DNA of 64,000 nt, from positions 2,978,001 to 3,042,000 of the forward strand of contig CM075996.1 in assembly GCA_038087875.1 (NCBI GenBank), written 5' to 3'. The DNA is from Malacoraja senta. Taxonomy: Eukaryota. The translations under genes were made by a program, and so were the position numbers. The notes beneath the pieces are model-generated. The model saw nothing but the letters and a program-made list of their open reading frames with translations. It did no database searches and was not told where the DNA came from. Shown in pieces: positions 22,093 to 34,000 of this stretch (positions are counted from its first letter, which is position 1; each line of letters opens with the position of its first letter).

Positions 22093-25000
22093 GTAAGCAA
22101 ACATCACCTTCTCCTTTGTAAACCTTAAACTAGGCTCTCCTCGTTTTGCCTCGACAGATAGACACAAAACCCTGGAGTAACTCCAAAGACGTCCGGGTTT
22201 GCAGGTAAATAGAAACACAGAAAATAGGTGCAGTAGTAGGCCATTCGGCCCTTTGAGCCAGCACCGCCATTCAATATGATCATGGCTGATCATCCAAAAT
22301 CAGTACCCCGTTCCTGCTTTCTCCCCATAGCCCTTGATTCCGTTAGCCCTAAGAGTCATATCTAACTCACTCGTGAATACATCCAGTGAATTGGCCTCCA
22401 CTGTCTTCTGTGGCTGAACTACCTCATTGGTGACCCTCGGACTATCCTTGACCAGGCTGCGCTGGCTTTACCTTGCACTGAAAGTCATTCCCTTATCATG
22501 TGTCTGTACACTGTGGACGGCTCGATTGTAATCATGTATTGTCTTTCCGCTGGCTGGTTAGCACGCAACAAAAAGCTTTTCACTGTACCTCGGTACACGT
22601 GACCTTAAACTAAATAAAACGCGACTAAACTCAACTCAATAAAGGCGGTACATGCACTTCCCCCATTTGGGAATGATGAGGGGTGGTGATTTTGATTTTG
22701 AGGGGGATCTAGGCTTAGTACAAAACTAAAAAGCTTCTGAGGATGTATGAGGAAAGAAAGTTGGCACTGGAACAGGTCACAAAGATGGAGACAAAATGCT
22801 GGAGTAACTCGGCGGGACAGGCAGCTTCTCTGGATAGAAGGAATAGGTGACTTCGGGTGGAGACCCTTCTTCCGATTGAGAGTCGGGGGGGAAAGGGAAA
22901 CAAGAGATACATACGATGATGTGGAGAGATAAAGAACAATGAATGAAAGATATGTAAAAAAGTAACGTTGATAAAGGAAACTGGCCATTGTTGGCTGTTT
23001 GTTGGGTGATAACGAGAAGCTGGTGCGACTTGGGTGGGTGGGGGGAGGGAGGGAGGGGGAGGGAGGGGGAGAGGGGGGGATGGGGGGACGGGGGGACGGG
23101 GGGGACAGGGGGGGACAGGTGGGGACAGGGGGGGACAGGGGGACAGGGGGACAGGGGGACAGGGGGACAGGGGGACAGTGGGACAGGGGGGACAGGGGGG
23201 ACAGGAGGGACAGGGGGGACAGGGGGACAGGGGGGACAGGGGGGACAGGGGGTGAGAGACAATGCCAAGGTTACTTGGATTACGGACATCAATATTCATA
23301 CCGCTGGGTTGTAACATTGACTTCTCTAACTTCAGGCAACCCTTGCTTTCCCTCTCTCCCCATCCCTCCCCCTTCCCAGTTCTCCTCTCCCCATCCCTCC
23401 CCCTTCCCAGTTCTCCGACCAGTCTTGCTGCCTCCGACTACATTTTATCTCGGTTTGCTTTGAGCAGAGATTTAAAAAACAGCTAACTCCCAGCTAACAA
23501 TGATCTATTCTACATTTCCCTTGATCTCCATTCCCTTTGTCCCATTCTCACACCTTACACTTCCTTATCTACGTATCTCCCTCTCCCCTGACATCAGTCT
23601 GAAGAAGGGTCTCGAGCCGAAAACGCCGCCCATTCCTTCTCTCCAGAGATGCTGCCCGTCCCGCTGAGTTACTCCGGCATTTTGTGTCTATTCACTGGGT
23701 TTTAAGCTGCCCAAGCGAAATATGAGATGCTGCTCCTTTCAGTTTGTACTTGGTTGCAGGGATAATTGCCGTCCCTTGTTCTGGGTGTAACACTACAAGA
23801 ATCTAGTTACACCAGCGTGGGTGCAGGGGACGTTCACCAGATGTTGCTGGGATAAAGTGCTTCAGTTTAGAGATACAGCTCGGAAACAGGCCCTTCGGCC
23901 CACGCTGACCTGTGATCGCCCATTCACACTAGTTCTGTTAGGCCACTTTCTCATCCACTCCCTATACACCAAGAGACATTCACCGAGGGCCAACTAACCC
24001 CCACGTCTTTTGGGATGGGGGGAGGAAACCGGAGCACCCGGAGGAACCCCACGCAGGTCACGGGGAGAACGTACAAACTCCACACAGACAGCACACGGCC
24101 CCCGGGGTCAGGATCAAACCCGGGTCTCCGGTGCTGTGAAGCAGCACCCCTACCTCAAGGGTTACGGGGAGAAGGCAGGAGAATGGAGTTGGGAGGGAAA
24201 GATACAACAGCCATGATTGAATGGCAGAGTAGAATTGATGGGCCGAATGGCCTAATTCTGCTCCTAGAACACTATCCTACACACACACTAGAGATAATTC
24301 ACATTTACACCAAGCCAATTAACCTACAAACCTGCACGTCTTTGGAGTGTGGGAGGAAACCGAAGATCTCGGAGAAACCCCACGCAGGTCACGGGGAGAG
24401 CGTGCAAACTCCGTAGACAGCGCCCGTGGTCAGGATCAAACCCGGGACACTGGCGTGACGCCACCATGTTTCCAGCATTATTCTTTTCATGTTTGAATTA
24501 AATATAATTGTGACTCAGTTTATGTTATCCCACTCACATAGAACTGGCTGTTTAACAGGTTCCACAACCTTACACTTAATAATAGGTTGCACACGAGCAA
24601 GAAGCTAAACATGCTGGTAATTGCTATCGCAGAACCATTCCAATGCATCCATTCACAGTCATTCCCATTGTTCACAGAGGGCCAATCCCTTCTTCTCACT
24701 GACTGACAACCAACTGGGGCGGCACGGTGGCGCAGCAGTAGAGTTGCTGCCTCACAGGCACGGGTTCGATCCCGACTACGGGTGCTTGTCTGTACGGAGT
24801 TTGTACGTGCTCCCCGTGACCAGTGTGGGTTTTCTCTGGGATAGCCCTTTATCTGTCATTTGCACTTTATCAGTTTATTTATTCATGTGTGTATATATTT
24901 ATATAATGACATATGGACACAGATCTGTTTTGTGGTCAATGCCTACTATGTTCTAAAGAGTTAAAGAAGGAACTGCAGATGCTGGAAAATCGAAGGTACA

Positions 25001-28000
25001 CAAAAATGCTGGAGAAACTCAGCGGGTGCAGCAGCATCTATGGAGCGAAGGAAATAGGTAACGTTTCGGGCCGAAAGAAGGGTTTTGGCCCGAAACGTTG
25101 CCTATTTCCTTCGCTCCATAGATGCTGCCTGTCCCGCTGAGTTTCTCCAGCATTTTTGTGTACCTTAAGCTAAACCATAGATAGACACAAAATGTTGGAG
25201 TACCTCAGCGGGACAGGCAGCATCTTTGGAGAGAAGGAATGGGTGACGTTTCGGGTCGAGACCCTTCTTCAGACTAAGGTAAAGTCAGATTCATGACATA
25301 GTGACATTTATTTATTTATTTTTTTAAATATTGAGATAACAGGCCATTCGGCCCACGGAGTCCACACTGACGGTGCAATTTTACATTGATACATTTATAC
25401 CAAGCCAATCAACCTACAAGCCTGTAGGTCTTGGGAGTGTGGGAGGAAACCGAAGGGTCTCGGGGTAAACCCACGGAGGTCACGAGGAGAACGTACAAAC
25501 TCCGTACAGACAGCACCCGTAGTCAGAATCCAGCTTTCTAGCACTGTAGGGCAGTTACTCTACCGCTGCCCCACCGTGCCACCCTTTTACTTTCAGCCTC
25601 GGTTCAGGTCGTACCGTAGAAAGCATTTTATCGGGATGCGTCACAGCGCGGTTTGTGAACAGCTCCATCCAGGACCAGAAGAAATTGCAGCGAATTGTGG
25701 ACGCAGCCCAGACCATCACACAAACCAACCTCCCCTCTATTGACTCCATCTACACCTCACGCTGCCTCGGCAAGGGTCGAGGCGTAATCAAGGACCAGAC
25801 TCCTTGATTATTTTACATTGCTCCTGATGTTGGGGAAGTCCAGGACAAGGGGTCACAGCTTAAGGATAAGGGGGAAATCCTTTAAAACCGAGATGAGAAG
25901 AACTTATTTTTCACACAGAGAGTGGTGAATCTCTGGAACTCTCTGCCACAGAGGGTAGTCGAGGCCAGTTCATTGGCTATATTTAAGAGGGAGTTAGATG
26001 TGGCCCTTGTGGCTAAAGGGATCAGAGGGTATGGAGAGAAGGCAGGTACGGGATACTGAGTTGGATGATCAGCCATGATCATATTGAATGGCAGTGCAGG
26101 CTCGAAGGGCCGAATGGCCTACTGCACCTAATTTCTATGTTTCTATGTTTCTATGTTTCTCACCCTGGCCACTCCCTCTTCTCCCCTCTCCCATCGGGCA
26201 AAAGGTACAGAAGTGTGAAAATGAATGCACACCTCCAGATTCAGGGACAGTTTCTTCCCAGCTGTTCTGAGGCAAGTGAACCATCCTACCACAACCAGAG
26301 AACAGTGACTATCTACCTCATTGATGACCCTCGGACTATCCTTGACCGGACTTTGCTGGCTTTACCTTGCACTAAACATTATTCCCTTTGTCATGTATCT
26401 GTACACTGTAAATGGATCAAATGTAATCATGTATTGTCTTTCTGCTGACTGGGTAGCACGCAGCAAAATAGCTTTTCACTGTACCTCGTTACACGTGACA
26501 ATAAACTGGACTGCAACTAAACTGAACTGAGGCAGCTTGCAGGAGCCTTTGCAGAATTCCACACTCATTCTCTTCCCTTTCTCGATCCCTGTTTAAGCTT
26601 TCCCAACAGTACGGGAACATTCTGACCTGTTACATCTTCGGCATGCCTATGGTTGTACTCAACGGATTCCAGATCATTCAAGAGGCCCTGGTCCAACATG
26701 GAAGAGAATTTGCTGATCGCCCCTATATTCCGCTCCTGGAGGACATCTCGAAAGGCCAAGGTAATAAGCTCTGAGTTTTATTCCACTTCCTGATTTACAT
26801 CTCCAAGTTTGCGGATGACACAAAGCTTGGTGGCAGTGTGAGCTGCGATGAGGATTATATGAGGCTGTAGGGTGACTTGGACAGGTTGGGCGAGTGGCAG
26901 ATGCAGTATAATGTGGATAAATGTGAGGTTATCCACTTTGGTGGCAAGAACAGGAAGGCAGATTATTATCTGAATGGTGTCAAATTAGGAGAAGGGGAGG
27001 TGCAACGAGACCTGGGTGTCCTTGTACATCAGTCACTGAAAGTAAGCATGCAGGCACAGCAGGCAGTGAAGAAAGCTAATGGCATGTTGGTCTTCATTGC
27101 GAGAGGATTTGAGTTTAGGAGCAAAGAGGTCCTACTGCAGTTGTACAGGGCCCTGGTGAGACCGCACCTGGAGTGTTGTGTGCAATTTTGGTCTCCTAAT
27201 TTGAGGAAGGACATTCTTGCTATTGAGGGAGTGCAGCGTAGGTTCACCCGGTTAATTCCCGGGATGGCTGGACTGACATATGATGAAAGAATGGGTTTTC
27301 TTCAAACTGAGAGTCAGGGGAGAGGGAACCTAGAGGTATGTAAATGTACAAAGAACAAAGGTATGAAAAGAGCAAACCAAAGCCAGCACTGATGATCAAG
27401 GAAAAGGAACTGACCAAGAAAAAACAATGTCATCCTTGATTATCATTGCTGGCTTTGATTTGTTCTACTTAATTCCACAGATTCACCACCCTCTAGCTAT
27501 TGTGTTAATTGGTCTCTCTAAATTGCCTCTAGTGCTTCGGGAGTGGATGCGAAAGTGGGACAACATAGAATTAGTGTGTTCAAGAAGGAACTGCAGATGC
27601 TGGAAAATCGAAGGTAGACAAAAATGCTGGAGAAACTCAGCGGGTGAGGCAGCATCTATGGAGCGAAGGAAATAGGCAACGTTTCGGGCCGAAACGTTGC
27701 CTATTTCCTTCGCTCCATAGATGCTGCCTCATGCGCTGAGTTTCTCCAGCACTTTTGTCCACCATAGAATTGGTGTGAATCGGTGATCGATGGTTAGCAT
27801 GGACTTGGCAGGCCGAAGGGCCCCTTTCCACGCTGCAGGTCTAAAAAACACGGTCAACACAATTCTTCGGTCTCCACCCGAAACACCTCCAGAGATGCTG
27901 CCCGACCCACTGGATTACTCCAGCACTGTGTCCGTATTTAGAGATACAGCGCAGTAACAGGCTCTTCAGATCACCGAGTCCACGCCAACTCGCGGTCACC

Positions 28001-31000
28001 CCGTACACTAGTTCTATCCTACGCACTTGGGGGACAATTTACAGAGGGCCAATTAACCTACAAACCTGTACGTCTTCGTAATGTGGGAGGAAACCGGAGC
28101 ACCCAGGAAAAACCCACGTGGTCACAGGTGAAAAACATACAAACTCCGTACAGACAGCACCCGTAGTCAGGATCGAACCTGGGTCTCTGTCGCTGTGAGG
28201 CAGCAACTCTACCGCTGTGCCACGGTGCCACCCCTGGTCTATCTTCGGTATCAACCAGCAGCTGCAGTTCTTCGTTTCTACATTTTGGGCAACAGCCTGA
28301 AGATGGTTTCCAACCCAAAGCATCGCTTGTCCATCCATGTTCTCCAGCGATGCCGTCTCTGACCCTCTAAGTTACTCCAGCACCTTTTTGCCTGGCAGGC
28401 GACATATCAGATGCTGGAATCTTGACCCCCAAAAACAATGCGCTGCAGGAACGCGGCTGGTCAGGCAGCATCTACAGTGACCGAAGAAGGGCCACGACCC
28501 AAAATGTCGTCCGTCCGTTCCCTCCACAGTTCCTCCAGCACTTTGTGTTTTGCTCAAGATTTCCCTGCGCCAGTATTGATATTGATATTGAGACCCTGAT
28601 TTTCCTTTTCCTCTTCGCTATCAGGCATCATTTTGGCCCACTACGGGAGGTCCTGGAAGCAGCAGCGTAGGTTTGTACTGACCGTACTGAGAAATTTTGG
28701 TTTGGGCAAAATCGCCTTTGAAGAGAAAATTCTGGAAGAGGTCCAGTATTTGACTAAAGTCTTCAAAGCATCAGAAGGTAAGTGCTTGAGAACGAGTAGG
28801 CGGCGCGGTGGCAGAGCTGCTACGCCAGGGACCCGCGTTCGATCCCAACTACGGGTGCTGCGATGCTGCCTGTCCTGCTGAGTTACTCCAGCATCTTGTG
28901 TCTGTCTTCAACATATTCTCATGCTTCTTAACCCGGGGGGGGGGGGGGGGGTGGGGGGAGGAAGGATGTAGATTAACCCTTATTCAAGATTCAAGAGAGT
29001 TTATTGTCATGTGTCCCAGATAGGACAATGAAATTCTTGCTTTGCTTCAGCACAACAGAACATAGTAGGCATGAATACAGAACAGATCAGTGTGTCCATT
29101 TACCAATGAATATATATATATATACTAGATTAAGTGGGACCCGTTGGGTCCCATGTTCACACGGGAGGGCTGGCCCCCGACGCTATATTCCACCTCTCCA
29201 CCAATTCCAATATTGGTGGCCAGTGGGGGGGGGGGGGGCTTTCTAGACCGCTGGTATGGGTGCTGTTGGCTGCAGGGACTACTGGTCTCCAGAGGGCTAG
29301 TATGGACATTGTGGGCCAAATGGATTCTTGGGGTGGCAGCTCAGTCCCTCAAGCCTGATGTGCTGGCAGCTCACTCACGGCTGGTGGACTGGCAGTTGAC
29401 ACGGCTATTCCTTGAAATTCCATTTCAAGCAGAGTGCAAGGCCACCAAATTCAAATCCATTTCCCTACCATTTCAAGCAGGGTGCAAGGCCACCAAATTC
29501 AAGTGCAGTTTCTTACCTCTTCGAGCAGGGTGCAAGGCCACAAAATTCAAGTGCAGTTTCATACCACCAAGCAGGGTGCAAGGCCACCAAATTCAGGTTC
29601 AGTTTCCGACCACTTCAAGCAGGGTGCAAGGCCACCGAATTCAATTGCAGTTTCCAACCACTTCAAGCAGGGTGCAAGGCCACCAAATTCAAGTGCAGTT
29701 TCATACCACTTCAGGCAGGGTGCAAGGCCACCAAATTCAACTGCAGTTTCATACCATTTCAAGGAGGGTGCAAGGCCACCAAATTCAAATGCAGTTTCAT
29801 ACCATTTCATGCAGGGTGCAACGACACCACATTCAATTGCAGTTTCATACCATTTCATGCAGGGTGCAAGGCCACCACATTCAAATGCAGTTTCATACCA
29901 TTTCAAGCAGGGTAAAACCACCATAAAACCACACAAAACACCACACTCACAGTTCAGTAGACATTCAGTGTGTTCAGTTGATTCACAGCTCAGACAGAGT
30001 CATGACCTCTCCCTCCCCCATCATGCAGAGACTGAGCCACACCCACACTTCCGGGTTTTATAATCCCTCCCCCCCGGAAAAGGTGTGGCCTTCATGGCGT
30101 GATTCACAGGAGAGAGATTCTCAACATTTTTTAAACACTAATAACACTTTTATTATTCATTGATGGAAAGAATCCTCCGCACCTGATGAGCGGAGGGGGA
30201 CTGGGTAAGATGCCCAAAAATCACAGCCGTAAGTGGTAGCGTTTTATCTAAAATCAATATAGTGCAAACAGGAAGTTGTCAAGTTTAGCCAAACAGCCAT
30301 TTGCAGTGCATTTCCACTTCAACCCAACCCCCCACCCCCCCCCCCCAAAACAGCCATTTGCAGTGCATTTCCACTTCAACCCAAAAAAAACCAAATAGCC
30401 ATTTGCAGTGCATTTCCACTTCAACCCAAACAACCATTAACAGTGCATTTTTACTTCAACCCAACCATATTTTCATTTTCAAACCACATTAAGGGCACTC
30501 ACAGTTGAGTAGACATGTGTTCAGTGTTATTCAGAGCTCAGAGAGACAGAACTCTCTGGCTTCCTCCATCTTCCAGAGACTGAGTGAGGCACGCCACTTC
30601 CTTGTTTTATAATCCCTCCCCCTCCCTCCAGCAGGGGCAGCAGAGAGAATGGCAAATTATTTAAAAACATTAATATCTCTCTGATTTTTCATCGATGGGA
30701 ACAAAAACTCTGGTCCAGGAAGGCGGAGGGGGGCTCTGAGCGAGGTGGCCAAAAATGACGGCCGTAGGTGGCGGCGTTCTCTCGGAAATCACACCACAGC
30801 GAGCCAAAAGCGGTCAAGATCAGACTTTTAGTAATATAGATACACACACACACACATAAATAAGCAGATAAAGTGCAATGGGCTATTAATTATCAGAGTT
30901 TTGTTTGAGTTGAGTTTAATAGCCTGATGGCTGTGGGGAAGCAGCTATTCCTGAACCTGGATGTTGCAGATTTCAGGCTCCTGTACCTTCTACCTGAAGG

Positions 31001-34000
31001 CAGCGGGGAGATGAGTGAGTAGCCAGGATGGTGTGGGTCCTTGATGATGCTGGCAGCCTTTTTGAGGCAGCGATTCATCCATGCCATTTATAACCTCCTC
31101 TACAGACATGCGTGCCACCCATTACATGGTATTACAGTACTACACAGCTTTACACTAGCAAGGTCAGCCGGCTCTCACACAAGCCACGCCCGAACTGGAT
31201 GTGAATGGCTGGCAGTTTAAATGTTCCTGTTTGCTTATGGAATAAAGACTGATCTTTCACTATGTGTGTTGTTGTGGATCATTCACAAACAGGAGGGGGG
31301 AAAAACAAAGGAGGACGCAGCGTGGGATACTTTATAACTTTCTCACTGTCCTTTATGTGGCCACTCTTTGCATACCTCGGGTGTGCAAAACCAAGAATAT
31401 CATCGTGACTAGTCACGTGTGACAATGAAGCGTTCATTCATTCATTCATTCAACCTCTCTCCTTGGCACAGGTCGACCTTTCAACCCGGGTTCCAAGATC
31501 ACCAGCGCCGTTTCCAACGTGATCTGCTCCATTGTCATGGGCAAACGCTTCCACTACGAAGATAAGACGTTCACGAGGCTGGTGGAACTGTTTGAGGAGA
31601 ACCTGGTGCTTCAGACTACCGTCTGGGCGATGGTGAGAAGGTGCCTAGACACGGGGACCTGAACGGGCCCCGATTAAATTGGTGGTCTATAGTTTTAGTT
31701 TACAGATACGACGTGGAAATCAGGTCCCGAGGCCCGTGCCAGCCAACGATCATCCCGTACACTAGTTCGATCCTACACACACTAGGCATGGTGGCGCAGT
31801 AGTAGAACTGCTGGCCTTACAGCGACAGAGACCCGGGTTCGATCCTGACTACGGGTGCTGTCTGTACGTTCTCCCTGTGACCCGCGCGGATTTTCCCCGG
31901 GTGCTCCGGTTTCCTCCAACATTCCAGAGACGTGCAGGTTTGTAGGCTGATTGGCTCGGTACAGTTGTAAATCGCCCCTCGTGTGTGTCGGATAACGTTA
32001 GCGCACGGGGTGATCGCTGGTTGGAGTGGGCTTCGTTTCCACGCTGTATCTCAGAAGCCTAAAGTCTAAAGACAATTTACCAGAGACAATTAACCCACAA
32101 ACCAGCCGTCTTCGGGACTTGGCAGAAAACCGGAGCACCCGGAGGAAACCCACGCGGTTACAGGGAGAAGGGACAAACTCCGTACAGACGGCACCCGTAG
32201 TCGGGATCGAACCCGGGTCTCTGGCGCTGTGAGGCAGCAACTCTACCGCTGCGCCACCACGCCGCTCCTGTGGATGTAGATGTTCTGTAAAATATGTTCT
32301 GTAAGATGCAGAGCCATCCGTCTGGATATTGATTTCTCCAACTACAAATAACTCTTTCATCCCCTCTCTCTCCCTCCACCTCTCCCTCACCCTAGTCGTG
32401 GTAACAGTTACACCGATGTCCCGTTGAGTTCCATTATCTTTGTGACTCGTTATCACCTATCCCACAGTCAACAATGGACCGTTGTGGGCTCCACCTTTCC
32501 TTGATCATCGCCGCTTCTTTTGCATATCTTCCATTCATTTCTCCCTTTACCACCTATATCTCTTGTTCCCCTCTCTCCTGACTCTCAGTCCGAAGAAGGG
32601 TGAATAAATGAATGAATACTTTATAGTCTCATTTGACAAGTTGCAGTGAAATTCTTTGCTTGCACAATAAACAATAGGTGCAGGAGTAGGCCATTCGGCC
32701 CTTCGAGCCAGCACCGCCATTCAATGTGATCATGGCTGATCATCCCCAATCAGTACCCCGTTCCTGCCTTCTCCCCATATCCTCTGACTCCGCTATCTTT
32801 AAGAGCCCTATCTAGCTCTCTCTTGAAAGCATCCAGAGAACCTGCCTCCACCGCCCTCCGAGGCAGAGAATTCCACAGACTCACAACTCTCTGTGAAAAT
32901 GTTTCCTCATGTCCGTTCTAAATGGCTTACCCCATATTCTTAAACTGTGTGTGGCCCCTGGTTCTGGACTCCCCCAACATCGGGAACATGTTTCCTGCCT
33001 CTGGGGTGTCTAACCCCTTAATAATCTTATATGTTTCAATAAGATACCCTCTCATCCTTCTAAACTCCAGAGTGTACAAGCCCAGCCGCTCCATTCTCTC
33101 AGCCTACCCAAGGTATGCAAATAGTGACAACATAAAGGGCGATAACAAAGTTTCAAAGTACCCCGCGGGCCAGGTCCCCCTTTGTCCCCCCCCCCCCTTC
33201 ACGGCAGCCCCCCACGCCGGCTCCCCATTGTCCATTGTTCCTCCCCATCCCTCACGGCCGTCCCCCCCCCACGCAGTGACGTCCCCCCGGCAGCGACGTC
33301 CTCACTTCCACGTGGTCCGTCCACGTCTGTCGGTCGGTGTCATCATCGACCGCCGCGCCGACCTCTCCACTATCTCTGCGCTGGTTGAAGGTGAGAGGGG
33401 AAAGATTTAATAGGGATAGAAACATAGAAACATAGAAATTAGGTGCAAGAGTAGGCCAATCGGCCCTTCGAGCCTGCACCGCCATTCAATATGATCATGG
33501 CTGATCATCCAACTCAGTATCCCGTACCTGCCTTCTCTCCATACCCCCTGATCCCTTAGCCACAAGGGCCACATCTAACTCCCTCTTAAATATAGCCAAA
33601 TGAACTGGCCTCAACTACCCTCTGTGGCAGAGAGTTCCAGAGATTCACCACTCTCTGTGTGAAAAAAGTTCTTCTCATCTCGGTTTTAAAGGATTTCCCC
33701 CTTATCCTTAAGCTGTGACCCCTTGTCCTGGACTTCCCCAACATCGGGAGCAATCTTCCTGCATCTAGCCTGTCCAACCCCTTAAGAATTTTGTAAGTTT
33801 CTATAAGATCCCCTCTCAATCTCCTAAATTCTAGAGAGTATAAACCAAGTCTATCCAGTCTTTCTTCATAAGACAGTCCTGACATCCCAGGAATCAGTCT
33901 GGTGAACCTTCTCTGTACTCCCTCTATGGCAATAATGTCCTTCCTCAGATTTGGAGACCAAAACTGTACGCAATACTCCAGGTGTGGTCTCACCAAGACC

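Noticed and set aside
22715..23463. Pro-rich / Gly-rich collagen-like ORFs
   Set aside because: Products of the (GGGGGACA)n array.
26715..26730. Suspected frameshift in CYP exon 2
   Set aside because: Recount gives CGC CCC TAT and a canonical 163-nt exon; the frame is intact.
29144..30063. ORFs with 16-aa Cys/Phe repeats; CRISPR-like appearance
   Set aside because: 48-bp minisatellite inside a Helitron; units are contiguous with no unique spacers, and the context is a vertebrate intron.
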